From NCBI RefSeq assembly GCF_025526975.1, contig NW_026515671.1:62001-126000 (forward strand): a stretch of DNA of 64,000 nt, written 5' to 3'. The translations under genes and the position numbers were made by a program. Shown here in pieces: positions 12,370 through 23,682 of this stretch. The stretch is from Fimicolochytrium jonesii (Eukaryota). Each line of letters opens with the position of its first letter. Position 1 is the first letter of the stretch. Under the pieces are notes generated by a model. It had not been told where the DNA came from, searched no databases, and saw only the letters and a list, made by a program, of their open reading frames with translations.

Positions 12370-13887
12370 TCACTGCCCCGCCATTCCCATCCTCGACCCC
12401 CTCCCATCCGCCAGCACGAGGCACGAGGTAGAGCACTTGTTTCCAAACGGGCCTCCGTCGGCGCGTCCGGGCCACCACCCATGCGCCACACACTTCAACG
12501 ACCGCACCCTGCACGCGCGACAGCACGTACTGCACAAGTGGAACGTGCAGTCTGGGTATGCGATGCCGCCGCAGGTCGAGCCCAAGGGGGTGACGACGGG
12601 CCGCCTGTCCCGCCGCGCGTAAGCGATCATAGCTTCGATGTCGCCGTCGGCGGGGCCCATGTAGAGACGTGCCCAGCAGGGGTCAGCGCGTGCTGCTGAT
12701 TCCCATCTTTCTTGGCGGAGAAGGGCGTCGCGTTGGCCGTTTGTGATGTAGGGAGACTTGAGGCTGATGGTTGGAGCTGAATAGGCACGGGTAAGGGTTG
12801 TTTGTGAGACTGTATTGGGGCGACATGCTGGCTTTGGGGAGGCTGGAGGCGAAGGGGGTGTGACTTGATGAGTGTTGTATGAGGATTGTGCGTTTGGCGA
12901 CGAATGTTCATTTCTGGTTTGGCCGGATGGACCAGTGTCCGATGCCAAGCTGGTGCGTTTCAAGATTGAGGTGGGTTGCGGAGGTGTCGCAAAGCCTTGG
13001 GTGTATTTATAAGGACCGTGCGAAGCCATTTTTGAAGGCTGTAGCTGCTGTTGTCGTGAAACCGCCGGCCTTGCTTGTCCCGACGGTCCTGGTTGGTTCT
13101 GATGCTTGTTTGCGAATCCAGATGCAACTTTCACTGCCGACGGACCCACTAGTCCTGGGCTCCGACCCACGTCGATACGCCGCGTTCCATTCCAGCAAAG
13201 GACAATGTTCAACGGAATATGCAGGGATATGAATCGCACGTTGAGGTATTCGTCGAGGCCCCATCCGTAATATTGAGGCTCCTGCATGGGATCGTTTGTA
13301 ATCTCGTAGGCCAGGATGGCGAACGGTGTGGTTGCTTCGGTCTGGGGCCGACGGCCCTGCGTCGGTGGTTGGGTCCTCGAGACGGCGGTGTGGGTCCCAT
13401 GCTTGTGTCGGAGATCGAAGTGTAGTTCGACCGGCTGGTTCCTTCCATCAGTGAAATGAACATCGGTGAAGACATTCGACAAGTGCCATATGACTGGTAC
13501 ATTCCGGGGGCATCTGAAGGTCAGATCGCCCTCAATGTTCACAGGTGTCAAAGCTGCAATCCTGCTGAACTCGGAGCTGTCCTGACATCCTTTTACGTCT
13601 TCTTTTGTGTTCTCCGATTCGATGTTCACAACTTTCATCAAAGGCTCCTTGTCCAGATAATCGAACGTTGTGTGGCGCGCTTCCAATGTTTGCTTGATCA
13701 AGTGCGGTACTGTTTCGTCTGAAATTTTTCTCCATGCTTTACATACACGGCGGCATCGAAGGCGGATGGTCGCGATTGGTGTTTGCCTCAAGATCAAGGC
13801 GACGATTTCCGGGACTGCCATCGCTCGCGTCATGGAGCTGCCGATCGTCCGGCCGGCCGGGATACTCTCCACGGATTTCGTTTCCAT
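12370..13887 (-). CDS. F-box protein with low-complexity middle and C-terminal Cys/His zinc-binding motif
   Basis: 505-aa uninterrupted ORF. F-box-like VPEIVALILRQTP...RCRRVCKAWRKI near the N-terminus and CGGIAYPDCTFHLCSTCCRACRVRSLKCVAH near the C-terminus. Confidence 0.75.
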   Translation of the reverse strand: METKSVESIPAGRTIGSSMTRAMAVPEIVALILRQTPIATIRLRCRRVCKAWRKISDETVPHLIKQTLEARHTTFDYLDKEPLMKVVNIESENTKEDVKGCQDSSEFSRIAALTPVNIEGDLTFRCPRNVPVIWHLSNVFTDVHFTDGRNQPVELHFDLRHKHGTHTAVSRTQPPTQGRRPQTEATTPFAILAYEITNDPMQEPQYYGWGLDEYLNVRFISLHIPLNIVLCWNGTRRIDVGRSPGLVGPSAVKVASGFANKHQNQPGPSGQARPAVSRQQQLQPSKMASHGPYKYTQGFATPPQPTSILKRTSLASDTGPSGQTRNEHSSPNAQSSYNTHQVTPPSPPASPKPACRPNTVSQTTLTRAYSAPTISLKSPYITNGQRDALLRQERWESAARADPCWARLYMGPADGDIEAMIAYARRDRRPVVTPLGSTCGGIAYPDCTFHLCSTCCRACRVRSLKCVAHGWWPGRADGGPFGNKCSTSCLVLADGRGSRMGMAGQ

Positions 13888-14392
13888 GGCTGCGAGGGTG
13901 TCTGAGCGTGCTCCTCCTTTCGAGTCGATAGAGCCTGTAGCCGGGAGTGTGAGGAGCTAACCTGCCGGACGCGTGGGAAAAAACCCTTGGGACTGGCGCG
14001 TATGTCCTGCCGATTTGACAGCTCCGAATGGGCGGGACGTTTTCGGCGGATGGATGGTATCTAGAGCAGCAGGGTTGCGCCCACAGAACAAAGGAAGGGC
14101 ACAAGAAAAAAACGGAAGCCCGGTCCTGAGAGACTGCGGTTTGGAGAGCGTGGGGTCAGACGGGCGAGAAAGTAAGCCTGAGACCGAGCGAGAGCAAAGA
14201 AAGCGAGCTGTCTGAAATGGGCGACTGACAGCGCATGGCAGACTGTCAACTGCCCCGCTATGAGCTACGAGTGGGTCACGTGAAGCGCGATTAAATTCAC
14301 CTATTCAATGCGCTCAACCCACGCTCAACCAGGACGCTTTGGTTGACGCCCCAGCATCAACTACTCCCTTATTCTCAGAACACAACCCCAAG

Positions 14393-14918
14393 ATGCTTCG
14401 CCGTTTCCACTCCCTCCCTGCCCTGCGGTCCGCCATCAAACCCTCCGCCAACAAATCCCCACGCGGCGGCGGTGGCATGGCCGCCAACGAGCTCGCGGCA
14501 ACTAAGAGCGCGACAACCGGCGACCAATACCATCACATTCCCGCTGGCTGGCAGCGCAACGTCCGTGACGAGCGATACTATGCTTTGGCTTGTTCTGGGG
14601 TAAGTATTCGGCTATGCACTTCCATTTTGGTCTTGGTTTGCGTATCATGTGTGTGAGAGTGATGGAGGGCAGGTTGCGGCGTTGAGAAGGAGGGTGGACG
14701 TTGGAAATCACAACAGCGATTAATGTCCTGCTTTATATCTTCATGTGCAGGACGATGGGGCTGATAAGGGATGGACGACATGGAAGTACGACCCAGAGAT
14801 AACAAAACAGATCAACCAGGAGACTCAGGCAAAGGCGAAGAAGGCCTCGACATCAACGACAAAGTCAGCGGAGAAGAGCGAATCGAAAAGTGCGAGCAAG
14901 GGGGCGAAAAAGGCCTAG
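14393..14918 (+). CDS. Small hypothetical protein (~124 aa), possibly mitochondrial
   Basis: MLRRFHSLPALRSAIK is presequence-like. GTAAGT donor at 14600 and CAG acceptor at 14750 join in phase 0 to DDGADKGWTTWKYDPE...KKA-stop. Confidence 0.45.
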
Positions 14919-15221
14919 ATGTCTCGGAGAGCGCATATGTTCTGTTCGCAACGTCATTGGAGTGTGGATTTGGAGGGTAGCGGGAATGAAATGCCGGGAG
15001 ACATGGGATGGCCGGCGATGGGAGAGGATACGATTCGTGCAGGAGATACCATGTGTGAGGAAGCAGTCTTGCAATTTTGAGGAATCATATATACATACTA
15101 CGCCAGGAATGGTCTGCCAACGACTAGTTCAATTGCTACACTACATTCTTCGGCGGGATTATTAAGCTGTCAGCCTGCTCTTCGAAAAGCTTGGTCTGCG
15201 CCGCTCCTCTTCGCAAAACCC

Positions 15222-15905
15222 TCACTGGTTTTTAGCAGCCTTGATCTTCTCCTTCCCCTTCGCAGCCACCTTCTTCACCCCCTCACTCTCGGCCTCGGCC
15301 AGTCCCGCCTGCAACAACAACGTAACCACAACAGCAACCCCCACAACCCCCTGCCAAAGCGCCAGATCATACAGTGTTTTCGCCTCCGTGTCTGCCTTCT
15401 CCCTCCTAACCCCCAGCTTGCTGATATGCGTCAGAATCGGCTGCACTTTCAGCAGATACGTGGCTGTCGCGCCGCTGAAGGTGAGGAACGACAGGAGGGA
15501 TGGGATCCGCTTTTTGGAATCTACGATTGATTGAAGAAGGGCGGAGAGGAGGACGAGGGCGGCGACTGCTGCGGTGGCATACAGGAAGTTGACGGGCTGG
15601 TTGCCCAGCGTGCGGTAGAAGGTCTGTATTTGGGAGGATTAGTATAACGTTCGTGTCCACTTCGCCGCCCATGGACATAGCCGCAAGAGCATACCAAAGC
15701 TTCCTGCCTCTGCGTTGCAGTAACCCTCGACTTCAGCGTCGACGGATCGGCCCCAACGCCGACCGCATACCAGACGTGATCATAAATGGCACGCGTAAAG
15801 AGCTGTCCGCCGAGAAAGCCGAGAAGGATCGATGGGAGAATCTGACAACGAAGGGTTAGTTAAGAGTTGTTGGATGGTGAAACGAAAAGAATAACGTACG
15901 GGCAT
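15222..15905 (-). CDS. Shr3-like 4-TM ER membrane chaperone (2 introns)
   Basis: Spliced reading MP|ILPSILLGFLGGQLFTRAIYDH...QEAL|TFYRTLGNQP...GVAVVVTLLLQAGLAEAE followed by a Lys-rich tail. The 4 hydrophobic segments, the YD after TM1 and LQAG after TM4 match Shr3 architecture. Confidence 0.6.
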
Positions 15906-16239
15906 GCTTGTGAGGTGTGATGGGGTAGTTCGACGTGCGGAGATGGAATGTGCGGTTGCAGTGCGGTTTGACATGAATCTCGGAGGAGACTGCTGCACAG
16001 CCACATTGACAGTGTGGTCAATCTGCTTCAGACCTCAGATTTGAAAATTCAAAGAAGGATTCATTCATGGAAAAGGGGGTTTACTCCAAATGGTGATCGT
16101 GGAGCCATCACCGAGGGAAGGGCAAGCATACAGGGGGACGACGACGACTCGGATACAAAATATACAGGAAAGGGTAAAAGGGTTTCAAGATGTATCCTTG
16201 AAAGACCGCTATGACTCGAGAAGACCTCAAAAGGAGCGA

Positions 16240-17259
16240 TCATGAGGCGGCAGAATCAACTACGGCGGCGGGTTCCCATTCGTCCGTAACGGCGTTATAG
16301 ACTACCTCTTTGCCCGTCATCAAATTGATACGAGGTTTTGGTTCCCCGGTCCTCCATGCGATGTGGCAGGGGGTAACCGTGAATTCCTTCAGGTGTTTCA
16401 GACGCTTTCCTGCGGTTATGAAAATGTCTCTGCTAGCTGTATCCTCATCGGAGAATTTATAAGGATCCCACTCCGGATCGAAACACTCCTCGCAATCGCG
16501 CCAGGAAGTTTCATCCCCGACAATGTTGAGCCTCCTCAAGTTTGGGTAAGCCGGTTCCATGAAGAAGGCCGGGCACAAGTATCGCAGTGAGATGGCCATC
16601 CGTTTGACGTTGACCAAGTTCCGAGCTAGGACCGGGCAGAGGTGGACGGGTACTGATAGTGGGGCCCCTTGCCTGTCACGCGTGAGATCGGCTTCGCGTA
16701 AGAAGAGACCAAGGTCGGTAACGGAAGGCGGGATACTAGTGACGATAGCCGCCACGGCGCCCAGGCTGAATGTCGTATTGATGGCGCCATTCGTGAAGAC
16801 GATTAGAGCGCGAAGACTCGTCATATTCTTCAGAACGATCGCGAAGTTGTAGAAGCAGTCGTTTACGAAGCTTTCCACTATATGTTGGTTTCCAGGATGA
16901 TCTTCGGTGTATTTGTTTCGGATGCCCTTGATAGCCTTGTAGCGCTTCTCGTACCAGTCCCACTGCCGAAACATCATATCGCAAGTTCGTATGCACTTTG
17001 GCAGATCGCTATTCTCCGGTCGGTTGATCCACAGCAGAAATTGGTGCAGCTGAACGTCCTCGAGAATGAGGTTGGTGCAGGCCGCCCGTCTCCAGTACTG
17101 AAACCATGCTTTCGAGACATGCGGCGGAATGGAAAGACTCCTTCCAGTTTTGCTCTTCTTATACGCAGCTAGTCGAAAGATATCCTGGATCAGCTCGCCG
17201 GGAAGGTTGAGAAGCGGGTATGTCGTCGTCTCGTTGGTCTCGAGCGATTGAGGAGGCAT
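16240..17259 (-). CDS. F-box-like protein (intronless, 339 aa) with probable LRR-like C-terminal part
   Basis: N-terminal YPLLNLPGELIQDIFRLA...VSKAW. Later LxxL-type segments (MTSLRALIV, YPNLRRLNI, LKHLKEFTV). Confidence 0.7.
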   Translation of the reverse strand: MPPQSLETNETTTYPLLNLPGELIQDIFRLAAYKKSKTGRSLSIPPHVSKAWFQYWRRAACTNLILEDVQLHQFLLWINRPENSDLPKCIRTCDMMFRQWDWYEKRYKAIKGIRNKYTEDHPGNQHIVESFVNDCFYNFAIVLKNMTSLRALIVFTNGAINTTFSLGAVAAIVTSIPPSVTDLGLFLREADLTRDRQGAPLSVPVHLCPVLARNLVNVKRMAISLRYLCPAFFMEPAYPNLRRLNIVGDETSWRDCEECFDPEWDPYKFSDEDTASRDIFITAGKRLKHLKEFTVTPCHIAWRTGEPKPRINLMTGKEVVYNAVTDEWEPAAVVDSAAS

Positions 17260-17412
17260 GTCGCGATTCGCTGTCGTGACAGAAATACATAGAAGTCAGA
17301 ACAGGAGTGCGTTGTTCTCCGAGTAAAGGAACCATGCACGCCTACGCACACGAAGGTGTTCTGCTACATTGGACTCACGCTATGCTGGGATTAGTTTGTG
17401 TTGTCGGGCGAT

Positions 17413-17456
17413 CGCGAAGGGGTTGCGCGAAGGGGTTGCGCGAAGGGGTTGCGCGA
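17413..17456. repeat. 13-bp tandem repeat (CGCGAAGGGGTTG x3.4) in a divergent promoter
   Basis: Three exact copies plus CGCGA, read directly from the sequence. Confidence 0.9.
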
Positions 17457-17603
17457 CAGGCCCATGTCCGAATCAAAGCGAATGGGAAACGTATTAAAAT
17501 GTGGCATATTGTCACGTGTTTGCACTTTTAAATCATCCTAACTTTCACGCAATTCGATACCCCAAATTCGCGAATCTTCCCACGAACACGACCACCTTCA
17601 AAA

Positions 17604-18745
17604 ATGTCAAGCAGAGTGGAAATAGTATCTCCAGAGGGTAAGCGTTCTCTCTCGCATAGGGCTCCCAGGCCGCCTTCGCTTTGCGGGCGGAGGATCTGCA
17701 TGCGGACGTCTTGTGTGAACGAACGAACCACGCGTTGGTGCATGTTCCCACGGCAGCGCCGAACCTGCGAACTGACTATGTTCTTGCTGTAGGTCTCAGA
17801 GTGGATGGGCGCAGGCCGCTGGAGCTCAGACGGGTGCTGACGCGGATAGGGGTGTTGTCTCAGGCCGACGGTTCGGCGTATGTGGAGCAGGGGAATACGA
17901 AGGTGCTTGCTGCCGTGTATGGACCGCGAGAGGTGAGCAGACGAGACGGGGAATATGTTCCTGAAAAACGGCCTTCAGGAGGACCATACGGAGATTGGAA
18001 ACGGCGCAGAAGAAACGAACTGAGCGATTTATCGTTTCCGCAGCCCGTGAAACGCTCCGGCGTACAGCACGACCGCGCCCACATGAACGTAACCTACTCC
18101 CTCTCCTCCTTCTCCTCCGGCGAGCGGCGGCAACGTGCACGGAAAGACCGGCGTCTGCTCGAAATCGGGTCGCAGATAAAGCGTACTCTCGAGTCAGTCG
18201 TCACCGTCACCGCCTACCCAAGATCCGAAATCGATGTGTATCTGCAGGTTCTGCAGACGGATGGTGGGGGGCTGCATGCTGCAATCAATGCGGCGACGCT
18301 GGCGCTGATTGATGCGGGGATACCGATGACGGATTATGTGTGTGCTTGTTCGGCGGGGTGGGTGAATAACCAGGCGATTTTGGGTAAGTGCGGACGAATG
18401 TTCGAAATCCTCGCTGAACTTTGTTTCTCATTCGTGTCATCCCGCCTCAGATCTGAACTACCTGGAAGAAGCAGCGGATGTGCCCACCCTCACAGTCGGC
18501 CTGCTACCAAAAAGCGGCAAGATCACCATGATCTCGGTAAATCCCAGCTTGCCTCCCCATCTCCTCACTTGCACCGTCACTAACCCTTCCTCCCCACCCG
18601 CATCCAGCTGGAATCCCGGCTCCACGTCGACAAGCTCGAAGCAGTAATCAACCTCGCATCCGACGGATGCCACCAGCTGAAAGAGGTCCTGGATGATGCG
18701 GTTAGGGAGTCGACGAAGAAGCTTGCGAAAACTATCTTGCAGTGA
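17604..18745 (+). CDS. RRP41: Exosome core RNase PH-like subunit Rrp41/Ski6 (4 introns)
   Basis: MSSRVEIVSPEG|LRVDGRRPLELR, ADGSAYVEQGNTKVLAAVYGPRE, YPRSEIDVYLQVLQTDGG, INAATLALIDAGIPM, DLNYLEE. Confidence 0.95.
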
Positions 18746-20705
18746 TGGGATTTTGTTACGAAGAAGGGAAACGCGGACTTGGGAATGAGGGGGATGAGGG
18801 GACTGTAGACGAGGGGAGTCGGCGTCGGCGTCGGCAGAATGATGGGGCGATATGAGGGATGGGGCGAGAGTCCGTGCGCCATGGGGTTGGAAATTGGGGA
18901 TTCCGAATGTATTCACGAGACGGGGCCTCTCGGCTGACTGGTCCTCATGGAGCGATTCCCATACGAGATGCTTGGACGCGGAAAGGCACATCATCGAAAG
19001 TACATTCCCACCCGGCCAGTCTTCCACGCGCAACACAAGGCATGGCGTTTCAGCGCACGAACAGATCATACCCGCGCGTCATCCGCGCCATCCGCGCTGT
19101 ACGTAGCTAGCCCAGTCCATATTTGCCATCGCACCGTGCGCAAAGTCGTAGCTCATTCAGCCGACGAACGCCATGTATTTTGTACATATTTTTCATTGTA
19201 TTTATCAGCAGGGGCATATTATCTCGTTGTTCTCCTCTACGGGTAACCTTGGAGGGAACATAGGTGCATAGCCTAAACAATCACACTGAGGTATCTATGA
19301 TAGCCTACTCTACATTTGAAGTGATTCCCGTCTTCGTCCTCCCGCTCAAACGTGACCGTCTTCACTGCTGATCTACGCTCCACCCCTCATCCTTCCGAGC
19401 TTCAGGCACTCGTTGTCCGATTCTCCATCATCGTTTCTTTACGCTAGTCCGTACGTGTCTGAATGAAGCCTGGTCTGGCGCGATGCCCAGATGCTTCTCA
19501 GTCGATGTAAGTGATATTTTCGTATTTGATCGAGGCGGTGAGGGCCTTTTCGATTTTCATCGACTCCGCATTTACGCTCTCCATCTTGATACTCGGCGCC
19601 GGTGTGACAATTGGTTGAAGCCGCCGGTGAGAACACTGCAGCCGGTCACAACCGCCCCCGCCAGCGCGGTCAACAGCAACCGAACGCAGCAGCAGCAGCC
19701 GCCTGAGTCTCAATACCATCTAATTCTTCCATATGGTTGATACAGAACTCATACAATCTCCCCTTCGCCCTCCCATCCCCTCTCTGCGTATACGGATCAT
19801 AATACGCATGATGGATCCCCACATAATCCATCACCCAAGCATGATCGCGCGGCTCAGGCCCAAACTTGTCCCGCATCTCCCAATCCCTACCCCACAGGAT
19901 CCGGTCCGCCGTTTGGTCTCGATCGCGTCCTCCGACTTGCGCTAGTCACAGCCCATGTAGCGCCAGTCGTCGAACACGTTTTCGTCTCCTTCCTCCAGAT
20001 TGCGCGTAGTTGGGAGACTTTTGTGCATTGTGTTTTTTATGTCGATCATAAACGAAACTTCGCAGGAACAGACGGGCTACTGCGATGATGTGAGGATGGG
20101 TTGCGGACAGACAGGAAAGATTCGGAAGTTGGATTTCGAAGGCAGTACTCATGCTTAGCATCGCCGTCCAACGCTAAAAAATTTGGGGATGCGGTGGCCG
20201 TTTACAGTGTTCCAAGTCATTCTGCCGGACCGTGGTAGCGGTGGAAATCTCATGTCTCTGTTGCGTGAGGCCAGGAAGTGGAATACTGTTAATCACGTAA
20301 GCATTTGGACTGGAAAGAGCGCTGATGGGCGCCGGGCTACCACTCTAGTAGATCTATACAGTAAGTGGCAAGAAGAAGGAACCGTTGCGCTGTTACATAT
20401 CCAGGGTTGTGGCCAGGTTCAAGAGTCGCAAGCGTGGCGTAGGAATCAGCGTAGGAATGGCCGACCGAGTCCGAGAGTTACGCGTCTGCAAAACGTTTGT
20501 GATCCAGCGCTCTCTCGGACCCACGGTTGGTTTTGGAAATACTATCGAGACGCAAGCCTGATCTCCCATTCGCAGCCGGCACCTTGAAGTACAGTACATC
20601 CGTCGCCTACTACTCAAAATCGTGCGAAATATGTACTTATGGGACTTTTATCCCAATATGCGCAATACAACCAGAAGAGGGCATTCTGCGTGGGGCTCCT
20701 ATCTA

Positions 20706-21563
20706 TTACCTGAGATCGTGGCGATCCGTGGGATACCTCTCAAGCGTTTGTCTCGATTCCATTTGTGTCGGTGCATTCAGGAAGAATCTCGCAGACTGTG
20801 CCCTAATGATGTTCCGAGCTGCAATGTATGCGCAGAGCGCTTCCGGCACAAGGAAAGCAACATAAATCATGTTAATCACCGTTTCAATGGGCATTGTCGA
20901 GCCTTGACCAAGACGTTGTCCGAAAGCAAGATAGATTGCAATCAAGCATTGTGGGAATAAGGTCAGGAGGAAGTGGCCAGCAAGTTCCGGAACCTACAGA
21001 TGAATGATTGAGCGTTAGGCTACCTCAGGGAGGGGAAACAAGACAGCACAGCAAATGCTCCATACCCTTTCCAGCAGGTTTCCCTTATAGCCAAACCATA
21101 ACCGTAGACACTCAACCACAACAAAGAATGCAAGGGCAAATGCCATCAGAAACCTCTGCATTCCTTCAATCTCCGTGTGTGTCGTCTGTAAGGCAATCGT
21201 GTGAACCGATTCTGGCGAAAACCTTACGCATGGGTTTACGATTCTGTCATACCTTCCATATCGCAATGGCAATCATCCCCAACGTCCATAGCGGAAAGAG
21301 CCATACGTTGAAAAACAGCAGGATCTGCAGGGGTAGATATGAGGATACTTCCGTACCTGCTTACATGAAGATGGCGCTCAGAGGAACGGTTGCATGACCT
21401 GTTGATTCATAGAGACCCACTCACTGTGTTTGTATGCTTGCTGATTGCTATTAGCGCCGGTCAAATTTCGATATTCTGGAAAAAGGCTGGTTGCCGCTCT
21501 GGTGAGGCCCGACTGATATAGCGTGGTTGCAGACGACGCTGGAGAAATAGGACGCACAGGCAT
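20706..21563 (-). CDS. TMEM17: Ciliary transition-zone membrane protein TMEM17 (TMEM17/TMEM216 family); 3' end could splice further
   Basis: Spliced segments SSYLPLQILLFFNVWLFPLW, VECLRLWFGYKGNLLER|VPELAGHFLL and MPIETVINMIYV match the TMEM17 pattern RLYLGYxGNLxEKVPELAG. Confidence 0.85.
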
Positions 21564-21829
21564 GTTGGCCGACGCGCAGCGAAGATCCGCGGACACGGCG
21601 TGGGAAATTGGGTTAAAAGCTGCAGAGGAAGGATACGGTGTTGAGAGCGTAGGAAAGCAGGAGGAGAACCATAGAGAAGGCTCTTGATGCTCAAGAAGGG
21701 CTGATAACCCCTTGGCATGCGACCATCTTGCTCTCCCTCCACGCGTATCGCTCCCCTTATATTCACACGAGTCCGCGAGTAATTTACGCGTCTGCCCGTC
21801 ATATCTTGGGGCTTTGGCAACGCCGCACA

Positions 21830-23682
21830 ATGTCCCGATTACTGACCTCACGCAAGCCCCTCCTCGCTTTCGCAGCAGGCTCCCTTACAGGTTCCGCCGC
21901 CTACTGCCTCCTCACTCCGCCTAATCGCCCATCTCCGCTGGTTCCTCCGCAGACAAAAGTCGCAGTTGCAATTCAAACCGACGATGATGTCCTTGACGCG
22001 CCGCCTACAACTTTCGCAAACGATATACGCTTCCCCACCGCGAGACATCTCTGGGCTCTGCAGCTCGGACTGCCGCAGACGGAGCAGCTGCAGTTCAGGG
22101 AAAGCTATGTGGCTAGCGTAAATTTTAAGACTAGAGTGCCGAATTGGGTTCTCGTATGTACTGTCAACGTTGGAGATATGGACTGAACGGAGCTAGAGAC
22201 ATTTTCTCTATATGCCGATTGATTAGGAACATTTGACGAAGGAGACGTTGAAGGGGAATGCCGATGTGAGTTCATATCAGCGACATGCTCAGGGAGCACG
22301 GAACGAGTGAATCCGCTTCTTACGATGATGAATTGATAGCGGCAGGGCATAACGTTCTTCGCGGACGAGAGCGTTCCGAGCAAATTTCGCGCACAGAATG
22401 AGGATTATTGGCGGAGTGGTTTCAGCAGGTTTGTGACGCCCAGGCTCGGAGAAAGAAATGAGACGGCCACTATTGACGTCTGGACGCACACGACAGAGGC
22501 CATCTGGTCCCAGCCGGGAACAACAAACAATCGCAGCAAGCGATGCGCGACACGTTCGCGTTATCCGCCAACATTGTCCCGCAGGATCTCGACCACAATG
22601 TGTAACGAGGACATGTCCCCGATTCTCAATCCCTTTGTGCCGTGTTGAGAGCTAATCGGGGTGTTTTTCAGGTGGTATTGGAACCGACTTGAACTGTTCG
22701 TCCGAGATCTGACGGAGAAGTTCGACGACGTCTATGTCCTCTCCGGGCCGGCATGGGTGCCCGAGGAGATCCCCGCCCCTGCTGTCAGCACCATCACAGA
22801 CTCTTCACATGCGCTGTCATCACCATCCCAATCCTCATCCCTCGTCCCGACACCACCGCCTCCACCGACTCACGACAGCGTTACATCATCCCCGTTGAGC
22901 GAGAACCCGCCACCGCCGACACGCACTAGATGGGTCAATACAGCCGCACCAACCCATCAGATCCGATACCCCGTGACCAACAAAACACAGGTCGCAGTGC
23001 CGACCCATCTTTTCAAAGCTGTTTTGGCTGTCAGAGAGGGTCGGGATACCCCGCAATTACTCCCGTCACCTGATGATGCAGGGGATGCACCACCGCCTTT
23101 GCCGATGCTGACACCGGACGTTCAATCATCACAGCAGGATGTCTCACCAACCCTAACACCGCCACAACCACCCACGTACCACTTCGCAGCCTTCCTAATC
23201 CCCAACAAGCCCATCCCCGAGAACACGCCCTTCACCGACTTTCAAACAACCCGGACGGAACTGGAGAAAGTGGTCGGGTTCGAAGTGTTTCCGAACCTCG
23301 CAAATGCTCTTTGGGCAGGGGATAGTGGGGACGTGGGCGATGTTGATGTGGGAGGGGACGACAATAACGATGGTACGATTGCATACTCGACTTTGCAACC
23401 CCGCGTAGAAAGCCTCTGCGCCCACCCCGGCTCCTGCATTATGATATCTCCCGCAAACCACCGGTAATTCCTCCCCTCCCCTCCCTTCCCGGTCGCTTCA
23501 TCACTGACTCACGCATCCTCAGACTCTACTTTTTCACCCGCGCCCTCCGCAACGCCCGCGACCTCGCCCGCTTTGAACGTACGGTGGGGAAGGTGTTGGC
23601 GAGTGATGCTGTGCCTGATGTGGAGTTTATGGAGATGTTGGCGAGGAGGGTTGAGGAGATTGAGGAGGATGGGGGGATATGA
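21830..23682 (+). CDS. EXOG: Mitochondrial His-Me finger nuclease of the EXOG type (EndoG/Nuc1 superfamily), 5 introns
   Basis: Presequence plus hydrophobic anchor, then RVPNWVL|EHL, catalytic GFSR|GHLVPAGNNK, NIVPQDLDHN, YWNRLELFVRDL and VAVPTHLFK. C-terminal RLYFFTRALRNARDLARFE...PDVEFM resembles the EXOG wing domain. Confidence 0.85.

Noticed and set aside
19300..20600. Short protein-like ORFs between RRP41 and TMEM17
   Set aside because: I could not build a consistent spliced model or recognise any family.
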